A stretch of 64,000 nucleotides of DNA, from assembly GCF_001194135.2 (NCBI RefSeq), contig NC_068987.1:79632066-79696065 (forward strand), given 5' to 3'. This document shows, piece by piece, positions 38,041 to 49,122 of the stretch. A program made the translations under genes and the position numbers. Each line of letters opens with the position of its first letter. Within the stretch, counting starts at the first letter, position 1. The notes beneath the pieces are model-generated. The model saw only the letters and a program-made list of their open reading frames with translations. It did no database searches and had not been told where the DNA came from. This stretch comes from Octopus bimaculoides. Taxonomy: Eukaryota.

Positions 38041-38059
38041 TATACGTAAGAGAAAGCAT

Positions 38060-38180
38060 AGTTATGTAGTTAAGAAGCTCACTTTGTAATACTTCGTCAG
38101 GACGTTCAATCCCACTGCATGATACCTTCTCCTATAGGGAATTTGGTAGGTGGAAAATTTGTAGGAGCCTGCCGTATATA
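38060..38180 (+). mobile_element. SINE family A head, diverged and internally deleted
   Basis: GTAGTTAAGAAGCTC...GTTCAATCCCACTGCATGATACCTT...GAATTTGGTAGGTGGAAA...GCCTGCCGTATATA. Confidence 0.65.
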
Positions 38181-38966
38181 TATATATATATATATATATN
38201 NNNNNNNNNNNNNNNNNNNNNNNNNNNNNNNNNNNNNNNNNNNNNNNNNNNNNNNNNNNNNNNNNNNNNNNNNNNNNNNNNNNNNNNNNNNNNNNNNNNN
38301 NNNNNNNNNNNNNNNNNNNNNNNNNNNNNNNNNNNNNNNNNNNNNNNNNNNNNNNNNNNNNNNNNNNNNNNNNNNNNNNNNNNNNNNNNNNNNNNNNNNN
38401 NNNNNNNNNNNNNNNNNNNNNNNNNNNNNNNNNNNNNNNNNNNNNNNNNNNNNNNNNNNNNNNNNNNNNNNNNNNNNNNNNNNNNNNNNNNNNNNNNNNN
38501 NNNNNNNNNNNNNNNNNNNNNNNNNNNNNNNNNNNNNNNNNNNNNNNNNNNNNNNNNNNNNNNNNNNNNNNNNNNNNNNNNNNNNNNNNNNNNNNNNNNN
38601 NNNNNNNNNNNNNNNNNNNNNNNNNNNNNNNNNNNNNNNNNNNNNNNNNNNNNNNNNNNNNNNNNNNNNNNNNNNNNNNNNNNNNNNNNNNNNNNNNNNN
38701 NNNNNNNNNNNNNNNNNNNNNNNNNNNNNNNNNNNNNNNNNNNNNNNNNNNNNNNNNNNNNNNNNNNNNNNNNNNNNNNNNNNNNNNNNNNNNNNNNNNN
38801 NNNNNNNNNNNNNNNNNNNNNNNNNNNNNNNNNNNNNNNNNNNNNNNNNNNNNNNNNNNNNNNNNNNNNNNNNNNNNNNNNNNNNNNNNNNNNNNNNNNN
38901 NNNNNNNNNNNNNNNNNNNNNNNNNNNNNNNNNNNNNNNNNNNNNNNNNNNNNNNNNNNNNNNNNN

Positions 38967-39238
38967 CTTCTGGGTTTTTAATCTGTTGTCGATGTACCCG
39001 TGAGCGTTCCGATAGTGCATTACCTGTCTGGCCAACGTACAGTTCTTCACAATTAGGGCATTTGAGGCAGTAGATTAGATTTCTACTTTTGCAGTTCATG
39101 TTCGCATTGGTGAATATTTTCCCTGTTTTTGTGTTCATATATGGGCCGGTATGGATTGATCGGCATGTGCCGCATCGGCTATCATTGCATTTGGATACAG
39201 TGAATGTTTGATTTGTGTTGCTGAGGTCAAACCTTGCC
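38967..39238 (-). mobile_element. Penelope-like element: Cys linker + GIY-YIG endonuclease, open frame running into the gap
   Basis: Minus frame reads GKVDLSNTNQTFTVSKCNDSRCGTCRSIHTGPYMNTKTGKIFTNANMNCKSRNLIYCLKCPNCEELYVGQTGNALSERSRVHRQQIKNPE. It contains the C-x4-C-x2-C linker and 'NLIY-C-x2-C-x2-YVGQT...R...H' GIY-YIG motif characteristic of canonical PLE C-termini. Confidence 0.92.
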
Positions 39239-39408
39239 TATATATATATACGAAAAAGGATGGCCACTAAGTGGACATCCTTTACGATAGAAGTCAACCA
39301 TCAACGGTGAAACCACAAAACAAAACAAAAAAGAATGTTCTGCAGGAAAATTCAATGCACCCCAGAACATGAGCAAGACAAATGAAAATATCCAAAAAAT
39401 AAAGAATT

Positions 39409-39489
39409 AGTCGTAGACCAGGTTTCGCGAATTAATAGATTAACGTAATTTTTACTTGCATACCCCATCCGAGGCTCATCAGTACAACC
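39409..39489 (-). ncRNA. Type-I hammerhead ribozyme motif with enlarged stem II
   Basis: Minus strand reads GGTTGTA-CTGATGA-GC(45 nt)GC-GAAA-CCTGG-TC-TACGACT. Stem I is 7 bp (two G.U). The core is canonical, stem III is ACC-T-GGT, and the predicted GUC cleavage site is after 39416. Confidence 0.85.
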
Positions 39490-39924
39490 GTTCTATACAA
39501 TATAATTTGCAGAACAATACACGGATTGTCCACATAAAATTAGACATGTGTACAGTTCTACCGATTACATTGGAGTTCTTTTCAAAAGTCTCAGCTCTGG
39601 CGCGTTAAATACTGGAAACAATTCCGCAGAAGATAATTCACTGCAGTAACCGTTGCCGACTAGAGAACATAATTATCAAAATTAAAATAGAACTTACCTC
39701 TCCAAAAAAGCCCATATATTTTCAATGCGCAACGATTTCTCAGAGCTTCATGTCTCATAGATCAATAGCATTAAGATTCGGCAATAACAATTTTCTGATA
39801 ACCATTCAGTCAACTACGGCGATACTTCTCCTAAAGATTTGGACACGTTATGCCCTGTTTGTTTGTTTTTATCTCGTCTTAGAATTTTTTTTTTTTACTT
39901 TTTGCAGAATATAGGCCATTACGT

Positions 39925-40182
39925 TTCAGCCAGGGTTCAGAGGTCTCTCAAGCGTCCTCGTAAAAGTTTGCTGTTAAAATTTCTCTGCAATAAACTGGTT
40001 ATAATTCTACAATACACAGAATATTTGAAAATTTTTTTTAAAAATTTAGTTCCTAATATTTAGTTATAAAAATATAGTGGGACTGTCTAAAACATCAAAT
40101 GTTGTATATTAGGGTCCAGGAAAAGTAAAATAATAATCAAAGGGGTCAAAAAGCGAAAAAGAAAAATGGCTGAGAATCACTG
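39925..40182. mobile_element. hAT-type MITE, right end clear, left end decayed
   Basis: Ends AAAAATGGCTGAGAATCACTG (reverse complement CAGTGATTCTCAGCCATTTTT, a Charlie-like TIR), with subterminal GGGTCC/GGGGTC motifs. The left boundary is approximate. Confidence 0.5.
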
Positions 40183-40187
40183 GTGTA

Positions 40188-40541
40188 GGCGCAGGCGGGG
40201 CTGAGTGGCAAGAGGTTTACTCCCCACCTACATGGTTCTGCGTTCAGTCCCACTCTGTGACACCTCGGACTAATGACTTCTACTATAGCCTCAGGCCAAC
40301 CACAGTCATATGAATGGATTTGGAAGATGGAAACTGAAAGAAACCTGTACTATATGTGCATATCATAGGCGGAGGAGTAGCTGTGTGGTAAGTAGCTTGC
40401 TTACCAACCACATGGTTCCGGGTTCAGTCTCACTGCGTGGCACCTTGGGCAAGTGTCTTCTACTATAGCATCGGGCCGACCAAAGCCTTGTGAGTGGATT
40501 TGCAGACGGAAACTGAAAGAAGCCTGTCTTATATATGTATG

Positions 40542-40576
<35 letters not shown>

Positions 40577-41062
40577 GTATGTATATGTATGTATATGTGT
40601 GTATATGTTTGTGTGTCTGTACTTGTCCCGCAACATCGCTTGACAACCGATGCTGGTGTTTTTACGTTCCCGTAACTTAGCGGTTCGACAAAAGAACCGA
40701 TAGAATAAGTACTAGGCTTACAAAGAATAAGTCCTGGNNNNNNNNNNTAGGCTTACAAAGAATAAGTCCTGGGGTTGATTTGCTCGACTAAAGGCGGTGC
40801 TCCAGCATGGCCATAGTCAAATGACTGAAACAAGTAAAAGAGTAAAAGAGTATATCTATATTTGTACCCCACTACTACTTGACAAACGGTGTTGGTACAT
40901 TTATGACCCCGTAACTTAGCAGTTTCATAAGAGTGACCGATAGAACATGTACCAAGCTTTAAAAAGACATTATAATGACTAGAGTCGATTCGTTCGAAAG
41001 AAAATTCTTCAAGATGGCGCACCAGTATAGCCACTCTCTAATAACTGAAACAAGAGAAAGGT
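40188..41062 (+). mobile_element. Older SINE family A copy split by a younger family A copy (head 40188-40350, tail 40858-41062)
   Basis: The order is head - complete copy - tail; the outer parts are more diverged from the other family A copies. Confidence 0.8.
40368..40850 (+). mobile_element. SINE family A, young full-length copy nested in an older copy
   Basis: GGCGGAGGAGTAGCTGTGTGGTAAGTAGCTTGCTTACCAACCACATGGTTCCGGGTTCAG...GGCACCTTGGGCAAGTGTC...(TA)n...GGTGCTCCAGCATGGCCATAGTCAAATGACTGAAACAAGTAAAAGAGTAAAAGAG. Confidence 0.95.
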
Positions 41063-41221
41063 ATAACCGATAAAAAAAAGCAATTTCTGTTTCATGACAC
41101 CTCTAATATTTCGTTATTCGTTAAAATAAGCTTTAAGGCCGGTAAAGAGCGAACATGTCATAAACTGCTTTAACTGTTGTTAATAACATCCTACCACGGT
41201 TGCTACAGACGCTACACCTGC

Positions 41222-41253
<32 letters not shown>

Positions 41254-42071
41254 TTGCTGCTGCAGCTACTTTTTACTCTTCCTATTACTGCAATCAATGC
41301 TGCCATTAATGTTGTGTCAGCACTTAACTCAGCTTACCAACAACATAAGTAAAATCGTAAATAGATTATGAATGGTCAATATAAAGTGGGGGAAAAACCG
41401 ATCAACGAAATTCTTATCTGTGAAATGCATATGCACATACATAGGCACGCATGTACGCACTCATACCCACACTTATAAAAACAGAAACACAAACACGACT
41501 CTATATATACATACATATATATATATACTTATATACACATATAATATATATACATATATACACATACATATATATACATATACATATATATATGTATATA
41601 TATATATATGTATATATATATATGTATATATATATATGTGTGTACATATATATATTTAAATATATGTGTGCATGTGTGTGTATATTTGTATGTATGTGTG
41701 TGTGTACATGCATAAGTACGCGTGGTAAAACCGAAAATAGATCATTATGAAATGCAACCAGAGGCGAATTACTTGTGGTTTAGATATTATTCATTTAAGG
41801 CTTTTAGTCTCACCTAATCGAAATTAATCAATTTTTCATTGACTGCAAGACTGCGAGACTCAAAAGCAAATAACTTTAGACTTAGGAAGAGACACAGTCC
41901 CGTAAGTCCTTTCATATTGATTAGCAAATGCTGTATGTATGTATGTATGTATGCATGTATGTATGTATGTATGTATGTATGTATGTATGTATGTATACAT
42001 ATACAACATACATTACAATAGATTCATGCATATATGTGTGTGCATGTGTGAGTGTGTGCGCGTGTGTGTTC

Positions 42072-42147
<76 letters not shown>

Positions 42148-42382
42148 GTACGTATATGTATATATTGAGATAGGCAGGTACGTTGATAAATATATTACCC
42201 TACATGTGGGTACATGAGTGTACATGTGTGTGCATGCGTGTGTGTGTGCGTGTGCGTGGATACGTGTTGATGTGAGTGTGTTGTATACTGTTCGTATGAG
42301 TTTGTGTGAAAAAGAAAATGATGGTATGATGAAAGCACGTGGTTAAAAGAAGAAAATGCATTTAGAGTTCATTTCAACGAAA

Positions 42383-42433
<51 letters not shown>

Positions 42434-43659
42434 GTAATCAGTTGTTAGATTTTAAAGAAGCATTCATTATTACCCAGCGAATAACTTTACAATTGGCGTT
42501 CATTCATGCATGAATAATCGGCGCTGATCTGTACATTTAGTTACCATGAAAAATACCTTTGCCAAAAGCTCTATGTTCAAGCAGCTTTGATTGTGGAGTT
42601 TTTTTTCTTTACCTTTTCGTTGTCGTTTTGTTTTGTCTTTATTTCATGCCCTCTAGACACTTTTAAGAAGGTAATAAGTGTGGGCTTAAGTGCTACTTGG
42701 CCAAGAGCACATTGAACAAACACAAAGCACCTGAACTTACTTGACTGAAATATAATCATAAAGATTATCATTATCATAGTAAGAATCATAACCCTCACCG
42801 TTATTATAATCATTACTATCCGTTACTCTTATTATTACCGTGTCTGTTCCTGCTCTTATTTCTTCCCCTCTGATTTCAGTTTTTTTTTTTTTTTTAAGTA
42901 AAGAAAAATATCAGGTCAGCTTAGAGTACAATGTGGTTCGATTTCTGATAGGACTCATTTTAATTAAGGCAATTTATATGACTATAGATCTTCCAAAACG
43001 TGTAAATGAGTCACAGACCAATTTTTCATTTTCTGTTCACTCGGAGACGCTTTGGGTATAAGCAAGAGAGAGGACTCTTGTTAGGTGGAATATAAATACA
43101 TATCCTTTACTAATTTTTATAGTAAATTTAAAATTCGTATATTTTAAAATAAAACAATTTTTTGCTCAGGTTCGTTAGATTTTCAGCAACTTAAAAAAAA
43201 AAACAAGTTTTAGGCACATTTAAACAAATTTGCAGAAGTGGAAATGATGTCGACTGTAGTGGAAGTCTTCCGTCTACTCTCCTTTGCAGCAGACGGAAAA
43301 TCTTTAGATGTTTGTAACACCTCATAAGTGTTACCTCGGTCTGTGCTCTCTACTACTAGAAAGTGTTGCAAGTCACTTCGCAGAGTGATCAGGCCTGGGA
43401 TGGCATTGTTGCTTTCTTGATTAATTTAGATCAATAGCTTCATCTCTGTGTCCGAACAATTTTTGTTTTGCAGCCTCTGCAGATTTTCTGTTTTTCTGCA
43501 TCAAGTAAATCGCCGCTACCAGACAGCGCATCGCACATCGCACACATTAATATCTTATACTGTCAGGCTGGGGTAGGTCAGTATGAGGTTCGGTTCGTCA
43601 CTCTTTAGGAATGTTACAGAATGTTTTCTGGCTTCAGTGAGGAAGCTTTCTGTAACAAT

Positions 43660-44330
43660 CCTATATAGCAATGTCCCAAATCTGACCATAACCGTACCGA
43701 AACTTTTATCTCAAACAATGTAGGATTTGGTGCCCTAATTTCATCCAAGACAATTTTCAATCTGGGTTTGTTTCGCTTGCTCTGCTTTCCTGTATTTCAG
43801 TCCTATATACATATACAGAGAAATTATATATGTAGAGATTCCCATTTGGTGTACACATCAGAAGGCACGAAACACAACTTGATTTATGCTGGTTGTACAA
43901 CAGAACAATTAAACAAAAGATTCAATGGGCACAGATATTACGTCAAGCACAATAACAGTAGTTCGACAGAACCTACCGAACATTTTGCTTCAAACGGCTG
44001 CAATTTTGAAAAAGACTTGAAAGTGCATATTCTCAGAAAATATTCTGAATCTGCTACACCTTCAGTACTCAAAATGCATGAGGAGAAATGTGTTTGCGAA
44101 TTATTAACATCACGCCCTGGAAGAATGAATAAAATGACAGGAGAATAACATCAAATTTACACAAAACTGTTTGATTAAATACTCTTCGTTTTCGTTTTCC
44201 TTTTTTTCTTCCTTTTCTTTTTTCTCTGTTTTACTTTCTTTTTCTTTTTGCCAGTTGTAAAATTAAACTTTGAAGACTGATGAGGTCATTCCATCAACGT
44301 ATGGACGCTGGTTGCTCTCGTTCATATTTT
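43660..44330 (+). mobile_element. Penelope-like element GIY-YIG remnant with 3' region containing a broken hammerhead-like motif
   Basis: ORF 43768-44148 reads YICRDSHLVY...IYAGCTTEQLNKRFNGHRYYVKH...EHFASNGCNFEKDLKVHIL...EEKCVCELLTSRPGRMNK (PLE 'YVG.T...L..RF.GH...EHF...E..W...L....P.G.N'). CTGATGA at 44277-44283 is followed by a TCCAT/ATGGA hairpin, but GAAA is missing. Confidence 0.8.
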
Positions 44331-44457
44331 AGATTTGAATTTCTATACTTTAGAATTTTTATCACTTTTCATTGTGAACTCGACAAAGACAAGCTTGCTG
44401 TCGAAATATCCTTCAACCAATAAAATATCAATTGCAATCGCATCGTGTTCTTTGTAT

Positions 44458-44516
44458 TGTATAATAATAATAATGATAATAATAATAAGGAGAAGAAGAA
44501 GAAGAAGAAGAAGAAG

Positions 44517-44610
<94 letters not shown>
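44458..44610. repeat. In-phase compound array (AAT)n-(AGA)n-(AGT)n
   Basis: Directly visible in the sequence. Confidence 0.95.
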
Positions 44611-46122
44611 CTGCAAGCCCGTTGAATTGATTGTAACTGTTTTAATATGACAGATATAATCCGTCGCTCAATTTCAATAAACAGCCGGGTCATTTGGCTC
44701 CTTTATGGAAGGTAAACTATTGCAAACATTCGTGTCCAGATCTCACTGGTTTGGGATAACTTGCGTCATTGTTAGCACAATTTGTAACCCCTTTTATGAC
44801 TATCCTTCGTTTACTTGATAAGATACAAAAATGGCAAAATCCTCAGAGCATAAGACCGAACTCAAATTTCTTGCATTGATAAAATGAAGTCTCAGTTAAA
44901 CTCTGGGGTCTACCAAATCGACTTATTGTGTCTTCTCAACGCGAGACAAAATGTCTTTTAGCATTAGGACATATCGATCTAAAAAAGTTTGAATTCAAAT
45001 TTTCCGGTATGTAGCACAGTTTTTCTTACGATAGAGGTGGAAAACATATTTAATTCTGCTATAAATGGAATACTATAGCAAGCCTTATATTCCTGCTTTT
45101 TAACTCTCATCGAATCAGGTCTCTTTGTCAATTTCTTAAATACAGCTCTTACAATTAGTGTCATTTTGAATGTTTCAAATTCGCAGTTTATACCGAATAA
45201 TATAAACTTGATGGCTCATTGAAAGATACCTAAGATCAGAAATTGTCAAACAATTGATTCTATTAATACTTACTATACAATGTGGGATATAAATGAAAAC
45301 ATATTTGTCTAAAATATTCTCACTTCTCATGTAAGTAAGTCAATCCTAGTAAGTTGTAAACATTATCTTGAATCAACTAAATCAGATATTTTCCACTCCT
45401 GGGCAAAGATCTTCATTGTATTTCTCCATAACTTTTCATTTTGTTTCTGATATTTAATTTTGATTTTTCCAACTTTCGTCAAATATTTTCAGTCTCACCG
45501 CCACCCCATCTTCTTTGTTGTCCCCTGTTTCTCTTGCAGAATCTCAGAATACAACATGTCAGCTTTTTTCTTTCCTTTTCTTTCTGTCTATTTGTTGTGT
45601 CAAATACCAATTTATAAAGATGCTGCAAGTTATTTATTTAATAATTACACATAACACTTCAATCTGATTGACTTAATTCTCCCTCTCCAATGGCTTTTTT
45701 CAGATATCATTTTTGCTCCATTTTAGACTACAAATATATATTCATTGTATTCTGTTTCCTCAAACCTCTGTTTTATCAAAAGCATTTCTTTCTTCACACA
45801 AAAACAGAAGAATGCTTCTGCAAGTTAGTTACCGATCGTGTCGAATGTGAATTAATTTCACTTTCAGTGTTAATACTTTCAGTGTTAATACTTTCAGGAT
45901 AATAAAAACATTGCACTGCAATGTTCTTATTCATATAAACCATAGCGACGCTTGAGGGGGCCGTGACTTCACAAGGAAGCAGCAAATGTTAAGCTTTGAG
46001 TGTTTAAAATTGTCGAGAGAAATAGAATAATTAAACTAACTAGAATAAGTAAAGGTTAGAATATGATCAATCATCAGAAACATTATGGATGACGCAATCA
46101 CGGTCTAATATAATTCATTATA

Positions 46123-47363
46123 CTGAGTGTGAGAGATATTTGAGAACAACTTTGGTAATTTGATAAAACAACTCTAATCTAATGAAACCAAGAGTATTTT
46201 AATAAACAAAATTTAAAGTATTTTTTGATAAAATTATTCTTTGAATCTGCCTTCGGCTTCGATGACTGCTTCAATACTAGATCGGAATTGTTGACATACT
46301 TGCACTAAATGGACGTTATTCCTTTCAGACATCACCAGGGCAGTGGCGGCCTTCATTAAATCTATATTATTGTGAAGTTTTTGAATAGTCTCCTTCTCAA
46401 CAATGTTCTAAACGTACTGGTCGATGAGATTTAAATATGATGAGTTTGGCGACCATAACTATGATGTTGCTTGATCATAAAAAATTGTCTAGCATCGATT
46501 CTTGTGTTAGATGATCTCTGTGAGAAGGTTCTATGTCTTGTTTAAATATGTATAACCTTCTGCTGTCCTACTTCATCCACCCAGAACTTAACAACCTTCT
46601 TCAGTACTTCAGTGTATTAGCAGCAGTTAGTCTAAGATTCTGTGGAAAGATGAGAAGTGGCATGACCATTGCTACTCACCACTTCTAAGGTCATCTCAGT
46701 TGCAGGAAACTTAGTGTGCATCATTCTAAGAACATTGGAATGCTCTGTACATAACCATCTGTCGTTTTTGTACTTATATTCTTGGTCTTGTCGAAGATTT
46801 TCTGATCATAAAGAACTAAAGTATGCCATATTCGCGGGGATTTTTATCATTGCCAAGTAACCGTTGATACCGATAAAACACTTTTTCTGGTTCTTTGCAA
46901 GCAAAAGTTGGCATCCTTTCAGCATATACAACTTTTGTAAAATGTCCTTGCTCACAACAGTTCTGAGGTCTACACAGAGACCTGAAGATGTTTTTAACGA
47001 TGACCCTACTTCATTCTTCGAGATTATCATGGATAATGTTTTGAACCCGTTAGATAAACTTTTGTGTCCTTATAGCGTCTGGATATTTAGCTTTTTCCTT
47101 CCTTAGAAACAGTTGAAACATTCTCGCCAAAAGCTTCCAAATCCATCCGAACTTCATGTATAAAAGGTTTTTCAGTATTTCGAAAGTTGGCAATTACTAA
47201 TCCCTGTGTTCCGCACACAGAGCTACAATTACTGCATACTTTTCATTTCTTGTGTCAGCGTTTTCCCTACCATGAGAATCCGAAAGAAATAAAAAAAACT
47301 TTGAATTGGTTTGAAGGGAGAAGCATACTGATAATTAAGTGTTCTCAAATAGCTCACACATGG
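46123..47363 (-). mobile_element. Full-length (~1.24 kb) decayed DD37D/maT-type Tc1/mariner transposon with both TIRs and TA flanks
   Basis: Left end TA|CTGAGTGTGAGAGATATTTGAGAAC (46121-46147); right end GTTCTCAAATAGCTCACACATGG|TA (47341-47365). Minus translation TKFPATEMTLEVVSSNGH..IFPQNLRLTAAN.TEVLKKVVKFWVDEV..YIFKQDIEPSH..TQE..DNF..WSPNSSYLNLIDQYV*NIVEKET..KAA..CQQFRSSIEAVIEAEG resembles Bmmar1/maT-type transposases. Many stops and frameshifts. Confidence 0.88.
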
Positions 47364-47609
47364 TATAAGTAATATCCATGAAGCTTTAACATAGAGTGAA
47401 CTAGTTTCCTCAAGTATCTAAAAGAATGCAATACAAACTGGTTGGAATGTGAGAAGAAAATACGTAAAATAAATCCGCGTAGGGAGGAAGCTTAATGTAA
47501 TAATGTGTCGATTTGTTTTATTTAAAATCATTGGTCTTCGTGAAACACCATTGAGTAAAAGGATGGGTATGGAGTCAAGAAAGTTTAAGATTCACTGATA
47601 TAAAATAAA

Positions 47610-47836
47610 CGGTTTCATGCTTTATTTCATGTTGCACCAGTCCATCCAGCTGCCAGAAATAAATAGTACCTGTATTTCAATGAGTCTGCCTTGTCTCATA
47701 TTGTGTCACACTGAATCTCCCTGAGAACTACGTTAAGGTTACGCCGATTTGTGGACTACTTAGTCACTTGCACATTGATTTCCCGAGCAGGCTGTTCTGT
47801 TGATCAGATCAGCTGGAACCCTCGTCATCGTAAACG
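47610..47836 (+). mobile_element. Chimeric SINE (family-B box + family-D 3' module), diverged
   Basis: GCTTTATTTCATGTTGCACCAGTCCATCCAGCTG...GTACCTGTATTTCAA...CTGAATCTCCCTGAGAACTACGTTAAGG...GGAACCCTCGTCATCGT. Confidence 0.75.
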
Positions 47837-47964
47837 GTTACTTTTGGAGAAAAAAAATGTATTCAGCTTGGCATTTGATTCTTCCACTTCGAACGACGAA
47901 AAGTTCATGATGAAAACTTTTCATTTTTATTTTTCTTCATCCTTAGACTTCATTAAGTCTTCCT

Positions 47965-48222
47965 CCAGTTTAACGGCGTATAAATAACCGAGACCACAAC
48001 ATTCCACGGAAGTTAATGCCGGACCGTTGCAATGTTGAAGGCTAGCAATTTTCACGAGACTGGACAAATCAATAAATAAATCGTACTTTATTTCATAGAC
48101 CCCTGAAGGATGAAAGCCAAAGCTAATTTCTGCGGTATTTGAACTTAGAAGCGAAAGAGCTAAAGAGCCAGATGAAATGTCGCTAACCATTTCATAGAAC
48201 ACGCTACCAATTCTGCCAACTC
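47965..48222 (-). mobile_element. SINE family C
   Basis: CCCCTGAAGGATGAAAGCCAAAGC...TTTGAACTTAGAAGCG...CGCTAACCATTTC...CTACCAATTCTGCCAACTC. Confidence 0.75.
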
Positions 48223-48345
48223 CACATCTTTCACAACGAAATGTAGTTCGTTTTTGTATTTCGATTGTAAGATTCTTGATGTGAATTTATGTTGGTGTGA
48301 TAACCCTACAAACAAAGATTTTTTAATGTTCTCTATAGTGCTAGA

Positions 48346-48490
48346 GGCGCGGGAGTGGCTGAGTACAACCGAATGGTTTCAGGTTCAGTCCCACTGCGTG
48401 GCATTTTGGGAAAGTGTCGTTTACCATAACCTTGGGCTGACCAAATCCTTCTGTGTGGATTTGGTAGATGGAAACCGAAAGAAGCCCGCC

Positions 48491-48524
<34 letters not shown>

Positions 48525-48848
48525 NNNNNNNNNNNNNNNNNNNNNNNNNNNNNNNNNNNNNNNNNNNNNNNNNNNNNNNNNNNNNNNNNNNNNNNNNNNN
48601 NNNNNNNNNNNNNNNNNNNNNNNNNNNNNNNNNNNNNNNNNNNNNNNNNNNNNNNNNNNNNNNNNNNNNNNNNNNNNNNNNNNNNNNNNNNNNNNNNNNN
48701 NNNNNNNNNNNNNNNNNNNNNNNNNNNNNNNNNNNNNNNNNNNNNNNNNNNNNNNNNNNNNNNNNNNNNNNNNNNNNNNNNNNNNNNNNNNNNNNNNNNN
48801 NNNNNNNNNNNNNNNNNNNNNNNNNNNNNNNNNNNNNNNNNNNNNNNN

Positions 48849-48888
<40 letters not shown>

Positions 48889-49122
48889 TGAATGTGTGTC
48901 CGTGTCTGTGTGTATGTGTGTGTCTTTGTGTCTGTGTTTGTCTCATGCCACCACTTGACAACCAGTGTTGGTGTATTTACGTCCTCGTAACCCAGAAGTT
49001 CGGCAAAATATACCGATCGAATAAATACTGGGGTCGATTCATTCGACGAAGATTCCTTAAGGCAGTGCCCCAGCATAGCCGCAGTCTAATGATTGAAATA
49101 ACTAAAACATAAAAGATAAAAG
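48346..49122 (+). mobile_element. SINE family A, full length, linker spanning an assembly gap
   Basis: Head 48346-48492; (TA)n, N-gap, (TA)n; tail to GCAGTGCCCCAGCATAGCCGCAGTCTAATGATTGAAA...ATAAAAG. Confidence 0.88.

Noticed and set aside
38967-39138. Apparent N-terminal GIY-YIG ORF starting at Met (Naiad/Chlamys-like permuted PLE)
   Set aside because: The frame is open upstream of the Met and contains the Cys linker found between RT and EN in canonical PLEs, so it is a 5'-truncated C-terminal domain.
40700-40775. Direct duplication TAGGCTTACAAAGAATAAGTCCTGG around a 10-N gap
   Set aside because: Typical unmerged contig overlap; other family A copies have one copy.
45380-45800. Purine-rich minus strand suggestive of an old retroelement ORF
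   Set aside because: No diagnostic motif found in manual translation.
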